Source of the DNA: a virus
Taxonomy: Duplodnaviria > Caudoviricetes
Length of the DNA stretch: 64,000 bases
Direction: 5' to 3' (one strand)
IMG/VR virus record: IMGVR_UViG_2806310702_000003
Location: 1 to 64,000 of that record
In this document: positions 40,108 to 50,444 of the stretch, piece by piece
How positions within the stretch are numbered: position 1 is the stretch's first letter
Layout of the letters: each line of letters begins with the position of its first letter
Notes under the pieces: generated by a model
What the model was told of the DNA's origin: nothing
Databases searched by the model: none
What the model saw: the letters and a program-made list of their open reading frames with translations, nothing else
Program-made: the position numbers and the translations under genes

Positions 40108-40923
40108 TTATAATAAAATTCCCATCTTTGCAGAAATTGAAGTTATTCCACATTTTAAGAAATTTTGCTTGAAATAAAATGGATTACTTTTGATTTTTAT
40201 AATTTCAATTGGATTTTTAAAAGTAATTTTATAAGGATTTTTAGTCATCTTTATTTTTTTAACAGTATCTTTAAAAGTAATGTTGGGCTTTAACTTTATT
40301 TTTACAGTTTCTTTATTGTTGTTAATTCTGTACTGGAGTCTTACTCCAGAACTAACTGCTGATTGAAGTTCTGGAATAAATATGGGTTTATATTTTTTTA
40401 TTGTTTGTTTAGTTAAAGGAATAGATTGCATTCCATTACCTAAACAAGAAACTCCAGTGTTAACTGTCCCGCATTTTAAAGTGTGATAAGCATTATCTAA
40501 TATATAATTTTTTAATTTATTAGAGCTTAAATTTACTTCTAACATAGCTGGCTCATGGGCTAAATCTTTAAATTGATACCCTTGTCTTATTCCTATAAAA
40601 TTTTCTCCTAAAAAAGCACTAGCTAAATTATTTACATCTTCTATATATCCCCTAGAATTATTTTGCATTATTCTAGTTTTAATTCTATTTCTATATTTTT
40701 CATCATCTTTATATTTTTCAGTTCTTTTTTGTCCTACAATATCCCCTATAATATCAAGCCCATATAATTCAGCGTTGTTTATATCTCGATTATCAATAAT
40801 TTCATTAAATACATCTATAAGTTCATCATAGAAAAATGATAAAACTTCATAGTATTTATTTATATTTTCTCCATTTTCAAGGTAATAAGGTAATAAACTT
40901 ATTAATCTTTCTTTTGTATGCAT
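40108..40923 (-). CDS. Baseplate wedge protein (DUF2612-like)
   Basis: LDIIGDIVGQKR...DDEKYR..IK. Confidence 0.75.
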   Translation of the reverse strand: MHTKERLISLLPYYLENGENINKYYEVLSFFYDELIDVFNEIIDNRDINNAELYGLDIIGDIVGQKRTEKYKDDEKYRNRIKTRIMQNNSRGYIEDVNNLASAFLGENFIGIRQGYQFKDLAHEPAMLEVNLSSNKLKNYILDNAYHTLKCGTVNTGVSCLGNGMQSIPLTKQTIKKYKPIFIPELQSAVSSGVRLQYRINNNKETVKIKLKPNITFKDTVKKIKMTKNPYKITFKNPIEIIKIKSNPFYFKQNFLKCGITSISAKMGILL

Positions 40924-42086
40924 TATTTCACCTCGATTTTTTCTAATTCCGTTGTAGCAACCTCTAAATCTTTAACGGTTATATTTTTATTGTTATAAGT
41001 TTTTCCATCTATGCTTACTTCAATATCTATATCTTCTATACCATCTATGTTTGCTTTATCTATGATGGAAATAATTTTATAAAGTATGATATTTTGACCT
41101 ATTTTAAAGCTATCAAAATAAGCTTTAACAATATTTTTTATAGATTTATCACCATCTTCTGGATAATTAGTTCCTTTAGTTATTTTCAATTTAATCCATA
41201 TATTTTTAAATTTAGGTCTACTAAATCCTATTAAATGCTTTTGTTTTTGGCTATCTTTTATTTCAACTATAGTAGTTCCATATGGTTGTATTCCTCCGGC
41301 GTATTTTTCAAATATTGCTTGTGCTATAGCTTTATCTTCTCCACCAAAAACAACTACATGAAATGACTTAGGTGGTACATCTCCTTTCTTTTCCATAGTG
41401 TAATTAACATCAACAAATACATCTTTAACTCCTGTTACTTCACTTATTCTTGCTTTTATGCTATCAAATATATTAGTAGCACGTAAACTTACACTTTTAT
41501 CATATCTTTCTCTAAATTCTGGATCACTTTCTCTATATTCTCCATTTTCAGTTTTAGATTTATTAGTAACACTTTTAACTCCTAAAATTGGTTTAATAAT
41601 TTCTGTAATAGTTCCTTCTGGAACGTTACTTTGTTCGCCTATTTCTTCAGCTATAATATTTATATCAACTGTACCACCTTCAGGTATAATTTTTGTTTCT
41701 ATTGTGGTAAATAAGATGTTATCTTTTGTACCAATAATAAACCCTTTTGGTACTTCTATATCTTTATCTCCTGTAACTGTAATAATCCCTGTAGCCTTAT
41801 TACCTTGTTTTCTTGCTATTCCTATGTAATTACCTTTGCTGCTTAAAATATTGCCTTCAGCCATCTTAGGAGAAGCACTATAAAAACTATGTTCAGCCAC
41901 TTCCCATAATTCACTTAATAAATAAATATAAGGTAATGAGAATTGATACAAAGGGTCTTGTTCTGTAAAATCTATATTTTCTCCAAAACTATCTTGACTT
42001 TTTAATCTATCTCTAAATTCTTCTATAAGTTCAACAAAACTTTTCTTTTTAAAACCATTTTTAGTTATTCCATATCCATTAATCAA
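40923..42086 (-). CDS. Baseplate J-like protein B
   Basis: YGITKNGF, GEYRESDPEFRER, PPKSFHVVV.GG. Confidence 0.9.
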   Translation of the reverse strand: MINGYGITKNGFKKKSFVELIEEFRDRLKSQDSFGENIDFTEQDPLYQFSLPYIYLLSELWEVAEHSFYSASPKMAEGNILSSKGNYIGIARKQGNKATGIITVTGDKDIEVPKGFIIGTKDNILFTTIETKIIPEGGTVDINIIAEEIGEQSNVPEGTITEIIKPILGVKSVTNKSKTENGEYRESDPEFRERYDKSVSLRATNIFDSIKARISEVTGVKDVFVDVNYTMEKKGDVPPKSFHVVVFGGEDKAIAQAIFEKYAGGIQPYGTTIVEIKDSQKQKHLIGFSRPKFKNIWIKLKITKGTNYPEDGDKSIKNIVKAYFDSFKIGQNIILYKIISIIDKANIDGIEDIDIEVSIDGKTYNNKNITVKDLEVATTELEKIEVK

Positions 42087-42447
42087 ATTGAATACCTCCT
42101 ACATCTATTATTTCATCATATCCTTTATATTTAATTTTTAAATTTATAGTGTCTTTTCTTGTTTTTTTATTAGTTTTTATATCTACAAGCTTAATTTTTT
42201 CTATATTATCATCTTTAGATAAACATTCTCTTATAGCCATTCTTTTTCTATCTTCACTTATTACTTTATCTTCTATGCTTAATACTTCTTTCATATTTAA
42301 TCCTATATCGGCATTGTAAAATAACTCACCTAAACTAATTTGTAATAAACCTTTTGTTCTTTGTATTTTCTGTTCTAGTTCATCAACCAGTGTTAATCTT
42401 TTAGATGTAAAAACTATATCACCGTTTTCTATTTTTATAGATTTCAT
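42079..42447 (-). CDS. Baseplate gp25/DUF2634-like protein
   Basis: ENGDIV...LGELFYNADIG. Confidence 0.7.
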   Translation of the reverse strand: MKSIKIENGDIVFTSKRLTLVDELEQKIQRTKGLLQISLGELFYNADIGLNMKEVLSIEDKVISEDRKRMAIRECLSKDDNIEKIKLVDIKTNKKTRKDTINLKIKYKGYDEIIDVGGIQFD

Positions 42448-42486
42448 TTAATCACTCCTTTCTAAACCCATTCGACGGGTTTGAAA

Positions 42487-43044
42487 TTATTCAGCGTATA
42501 CTTTACTAGAAGTTGTATAGCTATTCCCATTTTCAAGCATTACTCTTTTAGTAGCATTTTCTCCTAATTTTATAGTGCTAGAATTTAATATAATATCACC
42601 ATTGCTTTTTATTTTTACATAAGTATTAGTACCTTCTTTAGCTATTGTTAAATCCTCTGTAGCATTAAAAGAATTGTTTAAAAAATTAATACTTAATGGT
42701 AATGCAATAGCATCTTCTAATGCATGTGTTCTGCTTGTATTAGGTTTTTTTGTTTTACTATCAATTAATAAATTATCTATATCATAATCAGTAAACATAA
42801 TAAGCATTATGTCGTTAATTTTAGGCTTGATTTTAATGTTATATCCTCCAATATTAAAACAGCCTATAGGCACATTTATAAGTGGAGTATAAGGCTTTTC
42901 AGTAGTAGGAAAATAATGCATAGGTTCAATAGTAGCAGTGTTATTTGTAGCATTATAAGACGTTATTTTACCTATCATAAGTACATTTAAATTATTGTTC
43001 ATATTAATTTGAAAATTATGAAATAAATTAGCAATATTTTTCAT
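42487..43044 (-). CDS. Baseplate spike (Gp138-like)
   Basis: LINVP...FTDYDID...RTHALEDAIA. Confidence 0.75.
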   Translation of the reverse strand: MKNIANLFHNFQINMNNNLNVLMIGKITSYNATNNTATIEPMHYFPTTEKPYTPLINVPIGCFNIGGYNIKIKPKINDIMLIMFTDYDIDNLLIDSKTKKPNTSRTHALEDAIALPLSINFLNNSFNATEDLTIAKEGTNTYVKIKSNGDIILNSSTIKLGENATKRVMLENGNSYTTSSKVYAE

Positions 43045-43826
43045 AGTGCCATGACCTCCACTTCTGTTGTAAAATCGCTTTTATGTTCTCCTTCAATAAC
43101 CATTACCGTTCCATTTAAATTAGTAGACTCTACTTGTATTAAACTGTATGGAGCAATAGCATGATTAAGCAACATTTCTATTTTATGTGTAGCAACGCTA
43201 TCATTTTTATCTATCTTTTCAACTTTTATAAGTCCTGTTTTAGAATTTAATAAAAATCCTAAAGTTATTCCCTGTTTTTTAGGTATAACACTTATAGAAG
43301 GACCATGCACAAGCAATCTAGAGTCACTTTCTATTACAACACGCCTCAATACATCTATTATTTTTCCATATGCTTGAAATCCTCGTGAATAAGTTAGATT
43401 GTTAGTAGGATTATTTATATTAGCTTTTAAATTTCCAGCTGATTGTAATAAATCTTTAACTAAATAAGTTGTAGTTGCACCTGGAGCATATGTATAACTT
43501 ATGGGTTTATTTAGATATTCCCAAGTTATATTTAAAGCTTTTATTTTAGTTACTGTATCTACTCCTTCTCGATAAGTTTCTACATCTGTTATAACCCCAT
43601 CTAATATACTTCCTAAATCATCACCATACCCAGCGTTTAATACTATTCCGTTTTTTTTATTGATCCTTGCAATACTATCTGGACTAAGATTATATATAGA
43701 TACTTCCCCTTCGTCTGGGATAGTATCAGAATCAAATTTAATATTAAATTCCATATGTAAATCTGGAAAATTATATTTCCTAGTTGCAATTATAGCTTCA
43801 GCTTTTCTTTTAAATTGTTCATTCAT
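43041..43826 (-). CDS. Baseplate hub protein
   Basis: VSIYNLS...LNAGY...LNSKTGLI. Confidence 0.75.
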   Translation of the reverse strand: MNEQFKRKAEAIIATRKYNFPDLHMEFNIKFDSDTIPDEGEVSIYNLSPDSIARINKKNGIVLNAGYGDDLGSILDGVITDVETYREGVDTVTKIKALNITWEYLNKPISYTYAPGATTTYLVKDLLQSAGNLKANINNPTNNLTYSRGFQAYGKIIDVLRRVVIESDSRLLVHGPSISVIPKKQGITLGFLLNSKTGLIKVEKIDKNDSVATHKIEMLLNHAIAPYSLIQVESTNLNGTVMVIEGEHKSDFTTEVEVMAL

Positions 43827-44181
43827 TTAAATCACCTTCTAATTCTATAGGATTTATACAATATAAGTTTACTTCTTCTCCTAAATTATCAAATGTTAAA
43901 CGTATTACATTGTTATCATTACTTCCAAAATATAAAAGTTCCTTTGGAAATTCTTCATTAAAATTATGTTCTTTATCTATATAAAATTCTTTAAATAATA
44001 TTTCATTTAATACTGCTTTTTCTGTTGCTAATACTTTATCATTTAATTTCAAAGTAACAGTTAGAAAATCAAACATAAAATTATAATCTATTTCAAAAGT
44101 ATATATTCTATTAGATAATTCTAGTTCAAATTCATAGGGTATCATGTTTTTATCTATATCTATAATTTCTATAGTAGTCAC
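43819..44181 (-). CDS. Baseplate plug-like protein
   Basis: IDIDKNMIPYEFE..YN..DF..LTFDNLG. Confidence 0.65.
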   Translation of the reverse strand: MTTIEIIDIDKNMIPYEFELELSNRIYTFEIDYNFMFDFLTVTLKLNDKVLATEKAVLNEILFKEFYIDKEHNFNEEFPKELLYFGSNDNNVIRLTFDNLGEEVNLYCINPIELEGDLNE

Positions 44182-44184
44182 CTC

Positions 44185-44850
44185 CTAAAATCTATTTCTT
44201 ATTTTTTGCAATACACTTTTCTTACCTTTAGAACTATTTTTAACTGCTTTTTTCGCTTGCCTTCCTTTTTTAGTTTTCTTTTTCACTTTAGTTTGTGCTT
44301 TTTTCTTTTCTTGTTCTTTAGCTTTTGCGGCTTTTTCTGCTGCTTTCTTTTTATCTTTTTCAGCTTGTTTAATTGCTTGTTTAGCTTCTCGTTTTGCATC
44401 TTTTTTATCTTGCTTAGCATCTTGAATTTGCTCTTTTAATTTTTCTATATCCGGAATAGTGAATCCACCTGTATTTATATTTACATAACTTTTTTTAGTT
44501 ACTTGTATTTGCTGTAGTGTCATTTCAAATTCAATACCGTTTCTAAGAGTATTTGTATAAGTGTTTCTAAAACTTGTAACTACAACATTTCCCCAGTGTT
44601 CCATGCCTATGTATGTTACTACTTGCTTATCTTTCCATATCTTCCTAAGTTCATTTATATGCCAATCTGGTAAAACTTTTCTATGAAATATTGCACCTTT
44701 TATATTTAAAATTATTGGTTTATTTTGAATATGATCTGTAATAGTAGAACCATCCTCAACGGGTTTATCAGTTACTTCATTCTCGAAATTCACTTGTTCT
44801 TCTTCTACTAAGTTGAAATAAATATCTCCGAGTTTACACCATGAATCCAT
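44185..44850 (-). CDS. Dit-like/tube-initiator baseplate protein with Lys/Ala-rich tail
   Basis: VTDKPVEDGSTITDHI motif; ~80 aa K/A-rich C-terminus. Confidence 0.75.
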   Translation of the reverse strand: MDSWCKLGDIYFNLVEEEQVNFENEVTDKPVEDGSTITDHIQNKPIILNIKGAIFHRKVLPDWHINELRKIWKDKQVVTYIGMEHWGNVVVTSFRNTYTNTLRNGIEFEMTLQQIQVTKKSYVNINTGGFTIPDIEKLKEQIQDAKQDKKDAKREAKQAIKQAEKDKKKAAEKAAKAKEQEKKKAQTKVKKKTKKGRQAKKAVKNSSKGKKSVLQKIRNRF

Positions 44851-44909
44851 GTTTTCACCTCCTATCTTTATTATACTAAAAATAAAGAAAACCCTCTTAA
44901 AATGAGGGT

Positions 44910-47408
44910 TTATATACTTCCATAACCTAATTGTAAATTTACAGTTGAAAATATACTTTCTATTTGTTTTCTTACTTCTCGTGCTACTTGTTTAGGATCG
45001 TTAGTACCATTTATATTTATAGTTAAATTTACATTAGCTGGTGTTTCTGGTTTAGCTTCTTTCCTGCCTTGTTCTCTAGCCATGGAAACACTTTTATCAT
45101 GTGGAAATACTCTTGAACCTCCTGGAAGGTCTATTATTTCTCCACCTTTTTCATGTACTTGAACTATACCACCTTGCCAATTATTTGTACCCTTTGCCAA
45201 ACGTGGTATTTTGGGGATATTTAAGCCATCAAATCCCTTACCACCTAAACCTGGAACCCAATCGGGTACTTTAAAATGAATTCCATTTATAGCACCTATT
45301 AAGGTATTAATTCCACTTGTAATAAAATTAATTACACCTTTAAATACACCTTTTATACTTTCACATATTCCAGAAAAAATTTCTTTTATTCCATTCCACG
45401 CCCTTGACCAATTGCCTGTAAATACTCCAATTATAAAATCTATAACACCATTAAGTACCGTTATAAGTCCTCCTATAACTTGAATTATATTGTTAAATAT
45501 TGCTTTAGCACTTTCAAACAAAGAACTAAAAGCACCACTTATAACAGGCACTACATAAGACATAATAAAACTAGCTATTTCTTGCAATTTACTCCATAAT
45601 TTTTGCACTTGCGCTCTAAATTTTTCTGAATGCTTATATGCATATATTAATCCAGCTACAAGTGCTGCAATAGCTATAACAGCTAAACCAATTGGACTGG
45701 TTAATAACGTAGCTGCTGCTTTTATTCCAGTTAAAGCTATTTTAAATCCATTTATAATAGCTATAACTTTTTTTATTGCTTTAAAAGCTACAAAAGAACC
45801 TACAATAGCCATTATAGCTGGAACAACTATTTTCTTATGTTTAGAAAGAAAACTAAAAGTTTTACCTATACCATTAGCAAAATTCGTTAAAACTTTTTTA
45901 ACTTGTGGAATATGTGCTGTTATCCATCTTATAGCTTTTTGTAATCCCTTTCCATTGCCCTTAGTGCTAAATAATTCTATTTGAACATCTTGTATAGCAC
46001 TTTGAAGTTCTAGTAAAGCACCTTTAACTGTACTATTCTGTGTATCAGCCATTTGTTTAGATGCTCCGGTACTATCTAATATTTTCTTCTTTAAATTATC
46101 ATACTCTTTACCAGAACTTTTTAATAAGATATTTAATGCTCTAACATTTTCTTTTCCACCTATTGTTGCTAAAATTGCTTGTTGTTCAGCTTCTGTATAG
46201 TTGCCTAATTTCCCTTTTAAGTCAACTAAAATACTATTTAAAGGCCTTATTTTGCCATGTGTAGCTATATGTACTCCCATTTCTTTAAATAATTGTGCAA
46301 CTTTGTCTTGTGGTGCAGTTAAGTTTAATAATACGTTTCTTAAAGCGGTTCCTCCTTCTGCACCTTTTAATCCGGAATTTGCTAGTATTCCTAACTCTGT
46401 ATCTAATTCCGCAGTTGACATTTTAGCTTGTTTTGCTATTGCCCCAACAGTGAGTATTCCTTCTCCTAATTGTTCTATATTAGTATTAGTTTTTTGAGAA
46501 GTTTTTGCCATCTGATCCGAAAACATATTTAAATCTTTAAATTCTAGTCCCAGTGCTGACATTGCATCTGTTACTAAATCTGAACTTTTTTGAATTTGCA
46601 TATTTCCTGCTGCTGCTAAATTTAATATTGATGGAAGTGCTTCTGTAGATTGTTTTACATTCCAACCAGCCAACGCTTCATAGTTAAGGGCTTCTGCCGC
46701 ATCAGCAGCCGTATATTTCGTAGTACGACCTGCTTCCCTTGCTGCATTAGTTAAATTTTGCATATCTTTATCTGTTAAATTGCCCATCGTTGCGTGAACA
46801 TTTGCCATACTTTGTTCAAAATCCATAAAAGTTTTAGCTGAAGCTTTTCCAAAATCAATAGCTTTTTTTATTACAAATGCTCCAGCCATAGCCTTTGCGA
46901 CTTTTTTAAATGTACTTTCTGTTTGACTTGCAGTTCTATTTAAATCCTCTGTACTTCCACGGGTTCTTCGTACTGTATCATCTACACCTCTAGCACTTTC
47001 ATTTATTCTAACAAATCTTCCACGAGCATCTCTAAGCCTACCATTTATATCTCTATAAGTACCATTTAAATTCCTAGTAGCACTATTTACGCCTTCCGTG
47101 CTTCCAGATATATTTCTTATATTATTATCAGTTTCTCTAGCATTATTGCTAGTTTCCCTTAAATTATTTTGAACATTATTTACATTGTTAGAAACTTCTC
47201 TAGCACTATTACTAGCATTTCTTAAGTTATTATCTGTATTATTTACACCACTAGCTACATCTCTAATACTACTATTTACATTTCTAGAGTTATTATTTAG
47301 TTCATTCATATTTCTATCTATGTTTTGTGTAGCCTGTTCAATACTGTTTAATTGTCCTAAATCGCTTTGAAAATTAATTGAATACACTAAATCTGTTAAA
47401 CTATCCAT
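44910..47408 (-). CDS. Tape measure protein B
   Basis: FEQSMANV, TTKYTA, GLKGAEGGTAL; Asn-rich N-terminus; IPRLAKGT. Confidence 0.95.
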   Translation of the reverse strand: MDSLTDLVYSINFQSDLGQLNSIEQATQNIDRNMNELNNNSRNVNSSIRDVASGVNNTDNNLRNASNSAREVSNNVNNVQNNLRETSNNARETDNNIRNISGSTEGVNSATRNLNGTYRDINGRLRDARGRFVRINESARGVDDTVRRTRGSTEDLNRTASQTESTFKKVAKAMAGAFVIKKAIDFGKASAKTFMDFEQSMANVHATMGNLTDKDMQNLTNAAREAGRTTKYTAADAAEALNYEALAGWNVKQSTEALPSILNLAAAGNMQIQKSSDLVTDAMSALGLEFKDLNMFSDQMAKTSQKTNTNIEQLGEGILTVGAIAKQAKMSTAELDTELGILANSGLKGAEGGTALRNVLLNLTAPQDKVAQLFKEMGVHIATHGKIRPLNSILVDLKGKLGNYTEAEQQAILATIGGKENVRALNILLKSSGKEYDNLKKKILDSTGASKQMADTQNSTVKGALLELQSAIQDVQIELFSTKGNGKGLQKAIRWITAHIPQVKKVLTNFANGIGKTFSFLSKHKKIVVPAIMAIVGSFVAFKAIKKVIAIINGFKIALTGIKAAATLLTSPIGLAVIAIAALVAGLIYAYKHSEKFRAQVQKLWSKLQEIASFIMSYVVPVISGAFSSLFESAKAIFNNIIQVIGGLITVLNGVIDFIIGVFTGNWSRAWNGIKEIFSGICESIKGVFKGVINFITSGINTLIGAINGIHFKVPDWVPGLGGKGFDGLNIPKIPRLAKGTNNWQGGIVQVHEKGGEIIDLPGGSRVFPHDKSVSMAREQGRKEAKPETPANVNLTININGTNDPKQVAREVRKQIESIFSTVNLQLGYGSI

Positions 47409-47520
47409 TCATAAACCACCTCCTATGTCAAGTGATAAATAACAGTATATTCTACTATAATTTTATCACAAACAAAAAAAAAGACGAGGTTTTCTCGTCT
47501 TTTGGTGATTATTTGTCGTT

Positions 47521-47772
47521 TTAATTAAAAAGTTCTTTTATTTTATTAGAATCTTCTATTCCGCATATATAAAGAGTATGATTTCTTTCCCAATCCATTG
47601 CTGTTTCAACTTCCTCTAATTCGTTTAATAATTCACAATCTTTGGGTAAAAGTTTTCCTATTTCATCTAATATCTGCTTATGTTCTTCTAATAATTCATT
47701 TTTTTGTTCCAATTCAAATAATATTTCGTTGACACGTTCATTTATTATTTCTAATGCTGAATTTTTTACCAT
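47521..47772 (-). CDS. Hypothetical protein (moron)
   Basis: 83 aa; RBS GGGGAG; terminator 47480-47503. Confidence 0.6.
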   Translation of the reverse strand: MVKNSALEIINERVNEILFELEQKNELLEEHKQILDEIGKLLPKDCELLNELEEVETAMDWERNHTLYICGIEDSNKIKELFN

Positions 47773-47980
47773 TTTATCTCCCCCATTTGTAAAATTATAC
47801 TTTATTTTTAAAATTCAATAAGGTATAATATAAATTGTAAATTGTAAATTGTTCCAAAAAAAATAACATGTGTTCAGATTACGAACCTATAGAATATTAT
47901 ATTATAGAAAATATTTTGTGTCAAGTTTAGGAATCATAAGTTTTTTTTTCTATTTTATAGTATATTTAGGGGGAATAAAA

Positions 47981-48493
47981 ATGAATTTGAATAAAAAAAT
48001 AAGATACTTACGAGAAAAAAACAGTCTTGCGCAATCCCAAATTGCTGACCTGCTTAATAAGAGTAGACCAACTGTTGCTGGTTATGAATCTGGAGATAGA
48101 GAACCAGACCTAGAAACGTTAAAAAAAATAGCTGTATTTTTTAATGTTTCTACAGACTATTTATTATTTGATGAAAGAGATATTGAAATAGAAGGTGGAT
48201 ATATCTCTGAAAATACAGTAGAATATTCTAATGATGTTTTAGATGAGATAGATAATAAAAGAATTCTTGAAAAACACAGCATATTAACTTCTAACGTTGA
48301 TAAAGCAAGAAGAAAAATGAACAAGGCTATTAAAAATAATGATGATGAAAAAAGAAGAAAATGGAATAAAAAATATAGAGAAGCTTTGATTGAACGTAAG
48401 CTTTTTGAGCAAAGTGAAGAATATCAAGCTTTTTATAAAATCTTTCTTGAAGAAATCAGAAGAGAAGCACTTAAAAAAATAATAGAACAGTAG
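47981..48493 (+). CDS. XRE-family HTH regulator (start ATG 47981)
   Basis: IRYLREKNSLAQSQIA...YESGDREP..VSTDYLL; RBS AGGGGG. Confidence 0.85.
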   Translation: MNLNKKIRYLREKNSLAQSQIADLLNKSRPTVAGYESGDREPDLETLKKIAVFFNVSTDYLLFDERDIEIEGGYISENTVEYSNDVLDEIDNKRILEKHSILTSNVDKARRKMNKAIKNNDDEKRRKWNKKYREALIERKLFEQSEEYQAFYKIFLEEIRREALKKIIEQ

Positions 48494-48499
48494 TTAATT

Positions 48500-48691
48500 C
48501 TACTGTTCTTCTTTTTCTCTCTGTTTTTCTTCTATGAGATAACTTGCTTCAAGCATCTCATAATATTCTTCCTTACTCATTTGTTTAACTTCTGTCAATG
48601 TTATGTTTGGAAGTATTAAACTCCATATTCTCAACTTTTTCTTTGCATTCTCTCTCAACCTTTTTAAGGTGATAGCATCTGGGATTGTCAC
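48500..48691 (-). CDS. Tail chaperone frameshift extension (module B)
   Basis: +1 frame overlapping the TAC; LRENAKKKLRIW...EVKQMS.EEY.E. Confidence 0.6.
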   Translation of the reverse strand: MTIPDAITLKRLRENAKKKLRIWSLILPNITLTEVKQMSKEEYYEMLEASYLIEEKQREKEEQ

Positions 48692-48983
48692 AAAAGTTCC
48701 TTAATTCTGTACTAACTTTAGTTATTAATTCTGTAGCATTCTCAGCCTTTTCTATTTGTTCTTTTAAATTTTTAGGACTAATAACTAATTCATCTATAAG
48801 CATTTCTGTAAGCATACCTACTTTATAAGCACCATTTTCCAAATTCAAAGCACTAGAAAGTATATCTGTAACTCTAAAAGGACTTATTTCTTGTACTACT
48901 ACATTAACTTTCTTTTTTTCTTCCTTTCCTTCTTTATTTGTTATTATTTCTATATCAAAATTACTTTGTACCATATTATTCAT
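48585..48983 (-). CDS. Tail assembly chaperone B
   Basis: Directly downstream of tube; LVISPK motif. Confidence 0.6.
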   Translation of the reverse strand: MNNMVQSNFDIEIITNKEGKEEKKKVNVVVQEISPFRVTDILSSALNLENGAYKVGMLTEMLIDELVISPKNLKEQIEKAENATELITKVSTELRNFCDNPRCYHLKKVERECKEKVENMEFNTSKHNIDRS

Positions 48984-49389
48984 CTCCCATTTCTAAATTA
49001 GGTACTAATATTACCCATTTTCTATCTTTTATTTCGTTACTTCTTGACCAATCAGCTTGTTTGTTAATAACACAATCTTTTCCATTAGCTTCACCCTTAG
49101 TTGTATCATTACCATCAACAACTTCTATATCAAAGGTTTCATCCTCTTTACAAATTCTATCAAATAAAGCATTTGAAGGACTATCTGTTTTCAATGAAAG
49201 TTCTATTTTACCAGAATCATCGTTTGTTGCCGCAAAAGTAGTATCTCCTTTCATTCCTGTATGTCCTTTATATTTATCGCTATTTTTACTACACTTTATC
49301 TCAGAACCTTTAGAAAAGCCTGTTACAAAGTGTTTTTCACCTTTATATGTAACTATAACATTAACTAACTTAGCATTATAAGCTTTCAT
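48976..49389 (-). CDS. Tail tube protein (DUF3277-like)
   Basis: YNAKLV...VTGF..GS...G.KGD...LKTDSPSN. Confidence 0.8.
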   Translation of the reverse strand: MKAYNAKLVNVIVTYKGEKHFVTGFSKGSEIKCSKNSDKYKGHTGMKGDTTFAATNDDSGKIELSLKTDSPSNALFDRICKEDETFDIEVVDGNDTTKGEANGKDCVINKQADWSRSNEIKDRKWVILVPNLEMGDE

Positions 49390-49400
49390 TTAACCACCTC

Positions 49401-50423
49401 CTATAAATTCATGACAACAGAACCATTCACAACAGTTCCATGTATTGCTCCAGCTTCAACATACTTAAATGTAATTCCAGTTAAAATTCTTGCTTTTCTA
49501 TTCTGTTCTGATATTTTATCTACTGTTTTATAATCTATTTTAAAATCACCTGTTCCCTCAGAAGTTTCTGCAATTATGCCTTTATCAAAGGCTCTATTCA
49601 AAGCAGTTTTTACTGCACTAACTATTTTTTGTATTCCATTATCTGTATAAGGGATTTTATCACTATTCATGAGTACATTTGCAATTTCATATTCAATTTG
49701 ATTTTTAATATAATCTCTACTTTCAATTTGGTCTATATATATACCACTAGCCATTTTCCCATCATCTAATTGTGCAATCCCATATTTTTTTACATATGCA
49801 TTCATATTAGATTTTCTAATTTTAGTTAATTCAGTATTTGTTAAAACATCAGCAGTAATATTATTAAGATGTTTAAATTTAAAAGTAAAACTTCCAGCAG
49901 TTCTAGTTGTTGCATATCCTACTGTTGCTGCATCTAATCTTTCATCACTTTTATCTTTTTTAAATTGTATACAGGTTCTGTTTTTACCAGAAAAATCTCC
50001 TTTTAAATTTTCTTTAACTACTGTATAAAATGTTTTCTCATTACCTTCTGCAAAATCACTTACAACTTTTATTAACTCTTCTGTTTTATCATCTAAAAGT
50101 ATTCTGTAGAAATCATTATGTTCTGCAATAAGCGTATTTAATGCATCTTTTAGATCAGTAGCTTTTTTCATACTACTGCTTAAATTTTTACCAAAAATAG
50201 CAACCGTGTCCGGTCTAGGTTCTTGGCTTGCTAAAGTTTCTACTATTTTATAAATTTCAGTTTCAGTATCAAAATCTTTTTTTACTTCTGATATATCCTC
50301 ACTTATATCAAATTCTTTATATTTATAATCTTTATTTGTAGCTATCACTAAAGTAAGACCAAAGCCAGCTATACTAATAGCTTTACTTGCATCAGTAATA
50401 TCTACTTTTATATCACTACTCAT
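49401..50423 (-). CDS. Tail sheath protein (DUF3383-like)
   Basis: GSFTFKFK, DGKMASGIYID, KIPYTDNGI, AGAIH. Confidence 0.88.
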   Translation of the reverse strand: MSSDIKVDITDASKAISIAGFGLTLVIATNKDYKYKEFDISEDISEVKKDFDTETEIYKIVETLASQEPRPDTVAIFGKNLSSSMKKATDLKDALNTLIAEHNDFYRILLDDKTEELIKVVSDFAEGNEKTFYTVVKENLKGDFSGKNRTCIQFKKDKSDERLDAATVGYATTRTAGSFTFKFKHLNNITADVLTNTELTKIRKSNMNAYVKKYGIAQLDDGKMASGIYIDQIESRDYIKNQIEYEIANVLMNSDKIPYTDNGIQKIVSAVKTALNRAFDKGIIAETSEGTGDFKIDYKTVDKISEQNRKARILTGITFKYVEAGAIHGTVVNGSVVMNL

Positions 50424-50444
50424 TTATACAACCTCCTTTAAGTG

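Noticed and set aside
37753-50423. Module B as a headless tailocin
   Set aside because: Intact portal, protease and capsid genes lie upstream in the same module
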